DNA from: Octopus vulgaris
Taxonomy: Eukaryota
DNA: 64,000 nt
Assembly (NCBI GenBank): GCA_951406725.2
Contig: OX597817.1
Location: forward strand, 30,194,001-30,258,000
Direction: 5' to 3'
Shown here: positions 39,916-53,036 of the stretch, in pieces
Layout: every line of letters starts with the position of its first letter
Numbering within the stretch: position 1 is the stretch's first letter
Position numbers and translations under genes: made by a program
The notes under the pieces: model-generated
What the model saw: the letters and a program-made list of their open reading frames with translations, nothing else
Database searches by the model: none
What the model was told of the DNA's origin: nothing

Positions 39916-40330
39916 AGTGTAGGAGTGGCTGTGTGGTAATTAGCTTGCTTCCCAACCACATGGTTCCGGGTTCAGTCCCACTGCCTTGCACCTTGGGCAA
40001 GTGTCTTCTACTATAGCCTCAGGCTGACCAAAGCCTTGGGAGTGGATTTTGTAGACTGAAACTGAAACAAGCCCATCGTATATATGTATATATATATACA
40101 TATACATGTATGTGTGTGTATATGTTTGTGTGTCTGTGTTTGTCCCCCCAACATTGCTTGACAACCGATGCTGGTGTGTTTACATCCCTGTAACTTAGCG
40201 GTTCAGCAAAAGAGACCAATAGAATAAGTACTAGGCTTACAAAGAATAAGTACTGGGATCGATTTGCTCAACTAAAAAAGGCGGTGCTCCAGCATGGCCA
40301 CAGTCAAAATGACTGAAACAAGTAAAAGAG
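39916..40330 (+). mobile_element. SINE family A
   Basis: Homologous copy. Confidence 0.85.
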
Positions 40331-40812
40331 TATATTCCTCACTTTCAATACTCTCTTTTTCCCTCCTCTTATGCCTTCCATGTCAATCACGAAACTAATT
40401 ACCACCAATTCTTGTATACTCACTTATTACTCACACCTTTAACATTCTTGCCAATTATTTTCATGCTTTTCTATTACTCTCTACTCTCATCCATTTGTTA
40501 TGATTCTCTTTCATCACTCTCTGGTTTATCAGCTGAGGACAAGATGTCCACAGTACTAATGAATGAAAGAAATATGTAATAAAGTGTAGAGAAAATACAT
40601 TCATCTTGCTGAAAGTAAGGCAACCTCTTCAGTGATGGTGATTATGATAAACTTGACCAAGTGCATGTGATAAAATGGTTGGTAATCAAATGAGCATCTA
40701 GCCATAAAAATCATACCAGAATTGGAAGTATGACCCATCCAATCCATTTCTCCATAGAAGAGCGGATGTTAAATTATGACAGTGATTACATATATGTATA
40801 TATATATATATA

Positions 40813-41125
40813 TGGAGGTGCAATGGCCCAGTGGTTAGGGTAGTGGACTTGCGGTTGTAGGATCACGGTTTTGATTCCCAGACTGGGCATTGTGAGTGTT
40901 TATTGAGCGAAAACACTTAAAGCTCCATGAGGCTCCAGCAGTGTGTGGTGGCGATCCCTGCTGTACTATTTTGCCACAACTTTCTCTCATTCTTTTTTCT
41001 GTTGGCCTGCTCGCTTAGCCAGTGGGGTGGCGTCATTTGAAGGCTAAAAAACAATGCGAAGCGCATTGTGACCAGCGATGTGTAGCAACATCTGATAGAC
41101 TGGTTGGTCATGGTGATCACAGTGA
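40813..41125 (+). mobile_element. tRNA-derived SINE related to D (different 3' part), inserted in (TA)n
   Basis: Head GGAGGTGCAATGGCCCAGTGGTTAGG; a 5'-truncated copy lies at 42431-42652. Confidence 0.8.
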
Positions 41126-41429
41126 TATATATATATATATATATATGTATATTTACTTATGAGTCATACATATAAACTCCAAAACACCAGCCAAAACTAC
41201 TGAACCATAACAAAACCAGCTCACCAAATAAGCCTTTCTTGGCTCCACAACAGGTATTAGAAATCAGAACAATCGTGAACTACCATTTGATCATGTGACT
41301 GCTGTCAATCAACCACATTGCTTTTTTTTAAAAAAGGCAATTTTGAGTCACCATCTCTGTATAAAATAATGGTAACTGTTAAATTCCATCCAGATGTGAG
41401 ATCTTACAACCTGATGTGAGAACTATAAA

Positions 41430-41845
41430 TACTCTTTTTACTCTTTTTACTTGTTTCAGTCATTTGACTGTGGCCATGCTGGAGCACCGCCTTTAGTTGA
41501 GCAAATTGACCCCGGGACTTATTCTTTGTAAGCCCAGTACTTATTCTATCGGTCTCTTTTGCCGAACCGCTAAGTGACGGGGACGTAAACACACCAGTAT
41601 CGGTTGTCAAGCAATGCTAGGGGGACAAACACAGACACACAAACACACACACATACATACATATATATACATATATACGACAGGCTTCTTTCAGTTTCCG
41701 TCTACCAAATCCACTCACAAGGCATTGGTCGGCCCGGGGCTATAGCAGAAGACACTTGCCCGCCCAAGATGCCACGCAGTGGGACTCAACCCGGAACCTT
41801 GTTGTTGGTTAGCAAGCTACTTACCACACAGCCACTCCTGCGCCT
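41430..41845 (-). mobile_element. SINE family A
   Basis: Reverse-complement homolog. Confidence 0.85.
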
Positions 41846-42357
41846 AAATGATGTGTTATTTCTCTACTTGCCATTTTTTTCTATTTAAAATGCTACAAAC
41901 AATTATGGTTTCTGATCACAGTGAGACTAAAACTTTAGCACCCACTGATCAACAAACCAGACACATTTTATCTTCTTGTCAAAAACTCTATTACTTGACT
42001 TGGATATATTTATGTAAACTAATTCTGTCTTCTTATCATTGTAAAAATTTTATTGCCTGATCTGAATGTTTTTATGTAAACTATTTCTTGATTCATCAGA
42101 GAGGATACACAAAGCCTCAAACTTTTTCTTATCATTGTCAAAGATGCTATTACTTGAGTTGAATACATTTATATAAGCTAATTTTTGACACCACAGAGGA
42201 CACCACAAAGCCTCACATTTTACTTTTGAAAATCTTTTTAAATAAGTGAAACTGGTTAAGTTCATAAATACTTTTAAAAGACTCCTACATTTTCAGATTT
42301 TTTTCCCTTATATTTTTATTCATGCAGTAACCCCAACTTTATATATATAAGTAAAGT

Positions 42358-42430
<73 letters not shown>

Positions 42431-42432
<2 letters not shown>

Positions 42433-42649
42433 TTGTGAGTGTTTATTGAGCGAAAACACCAAAAAATCTCAACGAGGCTCCGGCAAGAGGGGGGGGTGAT
42501 CCCTGCTGTACTCTTTCACCACTCTTTCTTCTGTTGGCCTGCTCGCTTAGCCAGCGAGGTGGCATCATTCAAAGGCTAAAACAATGTGAACACATTGTGA
42601 CCAGCGATGTGTAACAACATCTGATGGTCTGGTCAGTCACGTGATCACA

Positions 42650-42652
<3 letters not shown>
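42431..42652 (+). mobile_element. 5'-truncated copy of the 40813 SINE, in (TA)n
   Basis: Colinear from CATTGTGAGTGTTTATTGAGCGAAAACAC. Confidence 0.8.
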
Positions 42653-42680
<28 letters not shown>

Positions 42681-42737
42681 ACGAATTAGTCCTTATTTCG
42701 AATTCAAATATTTACCTCTATTTAACCATCTCACATT

Positions 42738-42785
42738 GTCTCTGATGAAGAGATCTCCATAATATCCCAGAAACAACTGTAAGAC
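42738..42785 (+). ncRNA. Minimal type I hammerhead-like motif within a ~190-bp (TA)n-flanked fragment (probable Penelope pLTR, 42681-42865)
   Basis: The sequence is GTCT-CTGATGA-(degenerate stem II)-GAAAC-AACT-GTA-AGAC. The core is intact, stem I is GTCT/AGAC, and stem III is one base from the CAGCTG palindrome. Confidence 0.62.
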
Positions 42786-43149
42786 TATAGCTATATATTT
42801 TTCCTTATAAATGACCTGAAAACTTCTCACACCCTTGGCTTTGTTATCTCATTTTATCTAACATATATATATGCATGTCAATACAAGATCCACATCAGAC
42901 TCTTCACTTGTATCACTATCAAACCAAGAGTTTAACACTGTAAGTCCATAGCACTTACTTAACATTACCTGCCACTCTTTGGGACTTCTAGATACCAATA
43001 CCTCTCACATATATATATATATGTATGCATGTATATATATATGTACGCATGTATGTACGTTTTTTCTGAGTTTTATGTAAGTTCTTAAGAGAGTTCAATC
43101 CAGTCACTAACAAAGCAAACAAGACTTTTTGAGTTTAGAATTTTCCCAG

Positions 43150-43217
<68 letters not shown>

Positions 43218-43772
43218 GATCTATCTACGCACATATGTATGCATAGCAAAACCCAGAATCAAACCTTACAGTTTTAGTAACTAGGCTAAACCCACACTTA
43301 GAGCAGGTCATGTGCTCTACATATCAACCAATCAGTTTGCAGAAATATCACCCTAAATTATCGAATGCGCCAGATGTTCCTGCATAAACAGGATTTATTA
43401 AAGTGAAAGCACACCAGAATTAGTGCAGGGGCTTCAAATGGTTCCAGAAAAGGGAGGTGGACACAGAATTCTTGGTCACTGCTCAACCTGTGTTTAAAAG
43501 AAGTACTTTGTCTTCAATGAATTTCTCCAAGCACGTACCATGAACACAGTATCCTCACTTCTTATCACACAAATAAGTAGCTGGTCAATTTTTAGTCACC
43601 AACATACCAAAGAGGTACATAGGTTGCACAGATAACCTGTCCGTAAGAGACAAGTTCCTTGTTGTTACTCAATCCTAGATTAAAGGAATCATCAACTATG
43701 AAGAGCAGAATACTTTTCGTGCCACTTACACAAAGCTTTTCATTTCTATTATTAATGCAACAATGAACTATT

Positions 43773-44053
43773 GCTGTTTGTGCCTTCTCGAGCCACACCT
43801 GGCTCATAAGGGCTGGTTTCCCGGTTTCCTTGGCATATAGGTTCCCCATGTGGATGGGATGCTGGTCTGTCACAGGTGACCTGCTAGATGCAGGAGGAAA
43901 GAGTGAGAGAAAGTTGTGGCGAAAGAGTCAGCAGAAGTTCACCATTACCTTCTGCCAGATCATAAACACACACATCGCCCAGTCTGAGATTCAAACCTGT
44001 GATCCCACAACTTCAAGTCCACTGCTCTAACCACCAGGCCATGTGCCTCCATG
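43773..44053 (-). mobile_element. tRNA-derived SINE family D
   Basis: Homolog of 38307-38617, with TSD ACAATGAACTATT. Confidence 0.85.
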
Positions 44054-44214
44054 ACAATGAACTATTCTCTACTCATGGTACAATAACACCACAGGCAAAC
44101 AACTATCTTATTATATAAATATTGTGATACACTTCAGTAAAAAACAAAAAGTTGATTAAACAACATTGGAGTTTGTTCTAATATGGGACAGCTTACAGCC
44201 AAAATGTCATATCA

Positions 44215-44535
44215 GTTTCACCATTGTGAGACAGGTCAGTTTTATCCTACTGTTGCGTCGCACATACACGGTACCCAAGTCACATTGGGGATTTGGTGCA
44301 TGGTAGTGGCAGTGTGCAGCAATGGTGGTGTGCTTGCACATTGCACATCGCTGCTACCAATGCTTCCGCTGACCTTAGGCTGGTACCAGCAATGTCAATT
44401 CAGCTATGGCTATCCTGTCCAGTATGAGAAGAACTGCAAGATCAGAGCAACGGTTTGCATGTTTGCTCAACAGAGCAGTGGTGCCAGGCTGCTTCTGAGC
44501 AATAACGGGTGAACACTGCTAAGCCAGAACCATAG
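44215..44535 (+). pseudogene. Dispersed 28S rRNA 3'-domain fragment (pseudogene) with sarcin-ricin loop
   Basis: Colinear LSU motifs: GTGAGACAGGTCAGTTTTATCCTACTG, ATCCTGTCCAGTATGAGAAGAACTGCA (SRL consensus AGTACGAGAGGAACC) and TGAACACTGCTAAGCCAGAA. It may extend to about 44597. Confidence 0.85.
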
Positions 44536-44692
44536 TTGGACCCGAGTTGTTCATCAAAAACATCTCAGCCTCAAGGCGCATGCCTTAGCTCGGCAAGAAA
44601 AAGAAAGTAAAAGTAACACTGGTGGAACTCCAGCATGGCTGCAGTCTCAAGGTTGAAACATGTAAAAGAATAAAAGAATATGTATCTACATA

Positions 44693-45045
44693 TAAAAAGC
44701 ACCATCCGAATGTGGCCGATGCCAGCGCCGCCTTGACTGGCTTCTGTGCCAGTGGCACATAAAAAGCACCATCCGAACGTGGCCAATGCCAGCGCCGCCT
44801 TGGCTGGCTTCCGTCCCGGTGGCACGTTAAAAGCACCAACCGATCGTGGCCGATGCCAGACTCCCCTGGCACCTATGCAGGTGGCACGTAAAAAGCACCC
44901 ACTACACTCGCGGAGTGGTTGGCATTAGGAAGGGCATCCAGCTGTAGAAACACTGCCAGATCAGACTGGATCCCAGTCGAACCGTCCAACCCATGCTAGC
45001 ATGGAAAACGGACGTTAAACGATGATGATGATGATGTTGATGATG
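44693..45045 (+). mobile_element. SINE-like family C with three clear tandem modules
   Basis: AAAAGCACC...GCCAG..CTGGC..GGTGGCAC repeats at about 63-bp spacing. Confidence 0.82.
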
Positions 45046-45627
45046 TCATATATATATACAATATGCATTTAACTTTCAAGGCGAATTTGGGTAAGTGCTT
45101 GGTTTCGTACTTATAGAAATCTTGCAACTATCTGTACAAATATGATCCAAGAGAAATCATACCAGAATATCTGATGCTAACACAGTTTTAAAGCAAATAG
45201 AGTTACGCTTCTTGTTTACAGATTCAACAGTATGTATTCCCCTAATGGAATAAAAACAAATGAACCATGAGCTAGTAACAATATTCAGGTTATACTTATC
45301 AGCAGCTTCATAAATGTTGAAGCAATTTAAAATCCAAGTTTATCCAATCAGAAGCAAAGGATTAAAAATATAAAAGTATCTATATGTGCTTCTTTTCTAC
45401 AAATATCAAAGAATATTAACATCGGGTCAGGCAGTTATGATAATAAAGTTAGTTAAACCCAGGAATAGCGAAGCAAATATGGAGTTGGAAAATTATATAT
45501 TGAAAACTGCAAAGGACTCAAAATAAGCTCGTTAGGAGATGTGAGGAAATGAAAAGTAAATACATCACACTAGATCAAACTGGTAGATAGCCATGTTTGC
45601 TTATCTAAATGGTTTAAAAGAAAAGTA

Positions 45628-45690
<63 letters not shown>

Positions 45691-46315
45691 TGTGTTTACA
45701 TATCCATCATTTACTAGCTGCATATTAGCCCATGTCTCTTTCACTTTCTCTCTCCCTCTCTCTCCTCCTCTCTCACTCTCTTCTTCTCTTTCTCCATCCT
45801 CTCCTTCTCTTTCTTTATACTTAGTATCTATCTATGTCTATATATCTATCTGTCTTTATCCTTTCCCCCCCTCTATCTCACTCTTCATATGCGAATGCAT
45901 ATGTTTACATGTATATGAGCTTATTCAAGTCACTGGAAATTTATGCATCTTCCTTTGCAGGCAGGTTTTGTGTTTTGTGTTATTGTTTCCATATCCTGAA
46001 AGCCATTGAGATATGCTTCAATATTTTATTGGTCCCAAATCCTTTAATACTATAAATCTCCAGGATTTTGTCTTGGTAGAACTGACTCCTCACATGAGCT
46101 GCATAGTTTTCTTTCTATTTATCCTCCAAAACAAAAAGGCAACCTACCAGTCAGTTGCGGTATGTAATCATGTAAGGTGCTTTGACGAAGAAACTTTTAA
46201 TCCCATCAAGGTTGTACCAGATGAAGATACTTCATCCACCCAATGTTGATTAAATAAATACCACTCAAGTAAGGGTGTCCATTTAATCATCTATCCCATC
46301 TTCCCTTTGAATCTG

Positions 46316-46645
46316 TGATGGCTCAGTGGTTAGCGCATCGAGCTTACGATCGTGAGGTTGTGAGTTCAAATCCCGGACTGGGCTGCGTGTTGTATTCTTG
46401 AGCAAGACACTTTATTTCACGTTGCTCCAGTTCACTCACCTGTAGAAATGAGTTGCGATGTCACAGGTGCCAAGCTGTATCAGCCTTTGCCTTTTCCTTG
46501 GATAACACTGGTGGCATGAAGAGGGGAGGCTGGTATGCATGGGCAACTACTGGTCTTCTATAAACAACCTTTCCCGGACTTGTACCTGGGAGGGTAACTT
46601 TCTAGGTGCAATCCCACGGTCAATCATGACCGAAGGGGGTCTCAG
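46316..46645 (+). mobile_element. tRNA-derived CORE-like SINE family E
   Basis: A box TGGCTCAGTGG, B box GAGTTCAAATCC and CTTGAGCAAGACACTT. A partial relative lies at 31830-31985. Confidence 0.78.
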
Positions 46646-46839
46646 AGATATAAGACTATATGTGTCTTTATAGATAAGACTATTTTAAACAATTCATTAG
46701 TAGGATAATGGGATGCCAGAAATGGTAGCATCCAAGAACAGGTTTCAGTTATGTTGCTTTATATTCTGAGTGCAAACCTTACAATAAATAGCTAAGGGTT
46801 ATCACTAAAAAGATGATAACAGGTTTCTGTATCAAAATA

Positions 46840-47228
46840 CTAGCAGTATTGCCCAGCGTTGCTCAGGTTTGTTTCGACTCTTTAGAATTGGAATTTTTGT
46901 ATACAAATTCTGCATTATGTAGCTGTTATTCTCTTTAAGTGAACACTTTTCTGGTTGAAATACACCAAAAAATGGCGACACAGCAGTCAAAAATCGTAAA
47001 AATAGGGAATTTCATAGAAAAAAAGCACATTTTTTATGTAAATAATTTTTGGTGTTAACATGGTCCGATTTGAATTTTTCTACTACAGAAGGAAGAGAAA
47101 GCCTTCTTCTATCATACTCTCAATTTTGGTCAACTTGCGCCGCAGGGTCTCGGAGGAGATAGTGTTACTTGAAAGCCACCAAACCTGCCATACACAGACA
47201 ACTTCAGCTTTATATATATAGAGAGAGA
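46840..47228 (-). mobile_element. Short non-autonomous Helitron, same family as 39102-39478
   Basis: It is the reverse-complement match, with a TC start and a hairpin plus CTAG end. Confidence 0.85.
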
Positions 47229-47430
47229 TTACTCTTGTAACAAAATATTGCTCTTGAAATTTACAAAGGTGAAACAACTCAGAGTAAAAGTGAAGGATTC
47301 AGCTACATCTATATTTTGCCAACATACACTAGATAAACATGATGCTTTTAATCTACAGATTCAGTGCAGATATCATATCTACATAGTCTTATGATACAAT
47401 ATTAAGACAGGAAATTTCTGTATCAAAATA

Positions 47431-47842
47431 AGTGCAGGAGTGGCTGTGTGGTAAGTAGCTTGCTAACCAGCCACATGGTTCCGGGTTCAGTCCCACTGCG
47501 TGGCACCTTGGGCAAGTGTCTTCTGCTATAGCCCCGGGCTGACCAATGCCTTGTGAGTGGATTTGGTAAGCGGAAACTGAAAGAAGCCCGTCGTATATAT
47601 GTATATATATATGTGTGTGCGTGTATGTTTGTGTATCTGTGTTTGTCCACCTAACATTGCTTGACAACCAATGCTGGTGTGTTTACGTCCCCGTTACTTA
47701 GCGGTTCGGCAAAAGAGACCGATAGAATCAGTACTGGGCTTACAAAAGAATAAGTCCCGGGGTCGAGTTGCTCGATTAAAGGCGGTGCTCCAGCATGGCC
47801 GCAGTCAAATGACTGAAACATGTAAAAGCGTAAAGAGAGTAA
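47431..47842 (+). mobile_element. SINE family A
   Basis: Homologous copy. Confidence 0.85.
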
Positions 47843-48625
47843 AATGTTGCTCCTGTAACAGTTCTAATTGCAGAAAACTTATTTTGTCCAATGATACCCA
47901 CAGATAAAAAAAAAAAAGAGTATTTATTGATAACACTAGCATGAAGGTAGATCAGTAGCTGGCGTTGAAAAACAGCAGTGACAAAAAGTATGTTGTCTAT
48001 CATAAAGAAAGCTATTATAGATAACATGAGGGTGGTGATGGCAGTATCAGTAGCACGGCTGGCAAAATGCTATGCTTAGTGAATTTAGTTACGTCTCTAC
48101 ATTCTTAGTTCAAATCTCACCAAAGACAGCTTTGCATTTCAAATACAAGCTGAAATCCTCCCTGAAAATAAGATGTAATTATTACTGGCAACAATTAGGA
48201 TGGATTCATTAGAGCATTGGAAATACTATGCGTGGAATATCTTGTGTTACTTACAAAGCAATATTCTCAGAGTGTATAAAAGAGAGAAGGAAAGATTTGA
48301 AAATATTCTTTAAATAGAAGATGGAATATTCCCTTTATATGGTATAGCAAGAGATAATGATTGTTTCAAATTTTGGCACAAGGCCAGTTGTTTTAAGGAG
48401 AGATGGTAAGTTGATTACATTGTCTACAGTACTTGACTGGTACCACAGGGGGATGAAAAGCAAGAAGTTGACAGTGGTGGTATTTGAACTTTAAGCATAA
48501 TGGATAAGAATAAATAGGGCAAAACATTTTAACCAAGGTACCAATGATTTCACCAAGCTCACTACCTGATAGGTACAATAATAAAATAGCCAAGACCAGT
48601 ATATGGTGTGATAAGAATAGGTTTG

Positions 48626-48848
48626 TGAGCTGGCAGAAACGTTAGCATGCCGGATGAAATCCTTAGAAGTATTTCGTCTGCCGTTATGTTCTGAGTTCAA
48701 ATTCTGCTGAGGTCGATTTTGCTTTTCATCCTTTCAGGGTCGATTAAATAAGTACCAGTTATGCACTGGGGTCGATATAATCGACTTAATCCGTTTGTCT
48801 GTCCTTGTTTGTTCCCTTTGTGTTTAGCCCCTTGTGGGGAGTAAAGAA
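48626..48848 (+). mobile_element. SINE family B
   Basis: TSD ATAAGAATAGGTTTG at 48611 and 48849. Decayed relatives lie nearby (48361-48570 on minus; 48963-49270 on plus). Confidence 0.85.
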
Positions 48849-51309
48849 ATAAGAATAGGTTTGGTAGTTTGATGTTTGTAAATGGCAGAATTAATAGGAA
48901 TTATCTAAAAAGTTTCAGATAAATCTGTGATAAAATAATGGCAATATTAAAGTCATGATATGGAGACGGTGATCTGGTAGAATCGTTAGCATGATGGGTG
49001 AAATGCTTAGTGGCATTTCATTCATCCTGACTCTTTGAGATCAAATTCCACTGAGGCCGGCTTTTCCTTTTATCCTTTCAGGGCTGATAACCTGGGGTTG
49101 ATCACTGGGGTAGATGTAATCAATTTGCCCCTTCCCCGAGCTTGCTGGCCTTGTGCCAAAATTTGAAACCAATATTAAAGTCATGGTAAAGTGGTGAGCT
49201 GGCAGAATTGTTAACACCCCAGGCAAACTGCATGGTGGCTTTTTGTTTGTCTCTACATTCTGAGTTCAATGGAGCCAAGTCATTGACCAGATTGCAAACA
49301 TGTGACAAAACTAGAGTTATGTGTCTTCCCTACTGTCTGTTTTCAAATCTAAAATGACCTTTCTAAGATGTCATTTTTTTTTAGTTTCAACACTCAATAA
49401 ATATCTAAAATCCAAACAGAATCACTCTCCATTCTACTTTTTTAAAACTAATTTTACTTAATTTAAATTCTGAGATTGCCTCCCCTGACTTTCTTGACCT
49501 AAGTTAGTCGAAAAGATAATCATAGGTTCTTCTTAATATAGGTGAAGTTTTAATTATTTAAATTCAGTTAGTATTCACATTATCAGAAGTGTTATTGTAA
49601 ATTCTTTTAAAAACAATATAATTTTTCAAATAGGAAAATGGTGCTCTTTTTAAAAGTTACTTAAAGAAATGAATGTACACACATGCACAATACATGCATA
49701 TCTGTTCACACATATTCTTACTTTTAAAAATAATCTCAACAAATTTGTGACACTATCAATCAAAATCAATCTTATTACTCAATTGACAGTAAAAACAATG
49801 ATAAAGAGTCAATATATACTTAGTCTGCTCTCTCACTCTCTCACTCACTCACACATACATATACTAACTCATACAAACATACAGTCATACACGTAAATAC
49901 ATTTCCAAGATTTAGGCATTTCTAAGAATTTAATAGCAATTTGTATTGGCAAAATTTGAAAATAGCACTAAATACAGACATTAAAAACAGGCGTTAAATT
50001 TACTTTTTCCTTTTAATTTCAGCATCTGAGGGTGTGTATACATGTGTGTATGTGTGTGTGTGTGTGTGTGTATGAAAAAGAGTGAGAGAGAGGGAGAGAG
50101 AGAGAGAGAGTGGGAGAACATGTTTTGTGTATGAGAGTGTTCCTATGTTGCTTCAAAACATTTTGGATAATGAACTGGAATGTGAACCAGCAATTAATAA
50201 TAACCAAAATTCTATCATCACACTAGCTAAAAATAATCCTTCCAGATTCCAACAAACATATTCAACTTTGATTGCAAAGAAAATGAAAAATGTCATTTAT
50301 TTATTTTGTTTAATTTAGACCTTTTTCTTTTTATATCATCATCATCACACCATCATAAAAAAGAAATGAACAATAAAATTGTGACTAAGAAACAAAAATT
50401 GAAATTTAAAGACGTTTTTAAAGAAAAATCAACAGAGACAAATCCAGAAAATATAATAAAAATTTTAGAATGTGTATACAGCATGACATAAATTGCCTTT
50501 TAAAATATGAGGGCAAAATATAACTCCTATTTTAACGTCACTGTGAGAAAAATATATAAAGTATTTAAAAAAACAAATGAAGGGAACTGTTATGTCTTGA
50601 CAAGAGAATTAAAAATTAGAGATTGAGTGGTATTTTATTGCCCGTTTTCGATAAACAAAAGCTAAAGTTAGTGAGGGGATATTTTGGTAGATTTGACAGA
50701 ATCGCTGACGAGATCTGGTGACAGATTGGCAAAAGTGATTTCAAAGAGGAATTATTTCAGTTGGGTGAGTAAATAAGGGGGTAGGAAATTAAATATAAAA
50801 TAAACAAAATGAAATGTTGATGAAATAAAAAAAAAAAATTAAAGAAAATGAAGCAACCATTTCGCATATTTTGGTCATGGAGGGATTTTGAATTTTTTAA
50901 AAAAGGGAGAGAAATGAAAAGAAAACAATGGATATGACAGTATTTTGCAAGACTAGTTTTTCATTATTTGCTTTTTTTATCTTTAGAAATAATTTTAACA
51001 TTGATTACAGAATTGGTTTATGCATATGTTTATTAAGGAATTTTGTGTAAACTACCATAATGATTTCTCAAATTTGACTGCTTTAAAAATCTTTGTTGAG
51101 TATAACATGTTGGTTTGTTCGCTGATTGAAGTGCAAGTTCATTGATGATTGTTATTATATTGATGATAACAACAATGCTAACGATAATGACACACTCATC
51201 AGTAATGATGAAGATAATGATGATGATACTTCAATTGGTGCTCATCATGATTTTCATAATAATTTATTTCATGACAATACCAACACAGATATCTAGGATT
51301 TCAATTTTT

Positions 51310-51632
51310 TCATCATCATCATCATCATTGTTTAACGTTCGTTTTCCATGCTAGCACGGATTGGACGGTTTGACTGGGATCTGGGAAGCCAGGAGGCTGC
51401 ACCAGGCTCCAGTCTGATCTGGCAGTGTTTCTACAGCTGGATGCCCTTCCTAATGCCAACCACACCGTGAGTGTAGTGGGTGCTTTTTACATGCTACCGG
51501 CACAGGTGCCAGAGAAGGCTGGCAGCGGCCATGATCAGATGGTGCTTTTTACATGCCACTGGCACAGAAGCCAGTCAAGGCGGCGCAGGCATCAACCACG
51601 TTTGGATGGTGCTTTTTATGTGCCATGGGCAC
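51310..51632 (-). mobile_element. SINE-like family C
   Basis: Reverse-complement homolog. Confidence 0.8.
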
Positions 51633-52198
51633 GGGTATCACAACTACAATTTCCATTTGATATTTATTTTGATGTTGAAGTACTTGACTCAATAGATCTC
51701 CTCAAGTACAGCAGGTCACCCTATGATCCAAGGTAAGCACAGCAGTGTTCTGGATAAATTCTCCAACAAAAGACATCCAAAATGTGTCTCTGGATATCTT
51801 CATTTCCGTTTTGTTGTACTATAATTTTGCTTTACTTATAAATAACCATTTCTTTTTTGTTTAAGTTTGACAAAAAAGTTGATCCAAAACAACAATATGA
51901 TTGAATACTCATTATGTAGCTTCTGTGCATTTTCACCCATCTCTATATACTGATGCTGACAATTTACAGTATAACTCACATAAGTATTGTATTATTTCTA
52001 TGGCTGTTCTCACATTTTGGTTTGACTTGATAATGATGCTTGGATTCTAGAATAGCTCTATATTGACATATCCATGTCTGCTGACAAAAAAAAAAACAAG
52101 ACATTCAGCTGTAATATTTTAGACAATGTTCTTATCGACATGCATGATTGAGAGTTCCACTGTGCGACACAGAGAACTTTGCTGCAATTTTGATTAAC

Positions 52199-52232
<34 letters not shown>

Positions 52233-52512
52233 CTTCACATTATCCAGATTTTAGCCTCTTATATATTTCTTTATAAAACATCTTCTCACATATTTCTTTG
52301 ATTCTTATGGTTCTGGTCAAGGTAATGTGTATCTGTTTCAGATAATTTCATAAGCTATGGCCAATGAAGCATTCACTTCAGATATCACTTACTGAAGATA
52401 GCCATGAGGAGAGTCTTTCTACACTATTTGTGCTTTCCAGAATTTCGTTTTTTTTTATTCACGCAAAGCATTCAACTCAATGAAACTTGTTTATATTGTG
52501 TGTGTGTGTGCA

Positions 52513-53036
52513 GTTGGCACGTAAAAAACACCATTTGAGCATGGCCGTTGCCAGTACCTCCTGACTGGCCCTCATGCCAGTGACATGTTAAAGTACCCAC
52601 TACACTCCCGGAGTTGTTGGCGTTAGGAAGGGCATCCAGCTGTAGAAACTCTGCCATATCAGACTGGAGCCTGGTGCAGCCATCTGGTTCACCAGTCCTC
52701 ACTCAAATCATCCAACTCATGCTAGCATGGAAAGCGGATGTTAAATGATGATGATCATGATATATTGTAGTTGTGATACCCATGCCAGTGGCACATAAAA
52801 AGCACCATCTGAACGTGGCTGATGCCAGCGCTGCCTTGACTGGCGATCATGCTGGTGAGACATAAAAAGCACCCACTACACTCACAGAGTGGCTGGCGTT
52901 AGGAAGAGCATCCAGTTGTAGAAACACTGCCAGATCAGACTTGAGCCTGGTGCAGCCTCCTGGCTTCCCATACCCTGGTCGAACCGTTCAACCCATGCTA
53001 GCATGGAAAACGGACGTTAAACAGTGATGATGATGA
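52513..53036 (+). mobile_element. Two head-to-tail family C copies (52513-52760 and 52780-53036)
   Basis: Two homologous copies from different subfamilies. Confidence 0.8.

Noticed and set aside
44183-44512. 109-aa ORF
   Set aside because: It overlaps the 28S rRNA fragment and is a chance frame.
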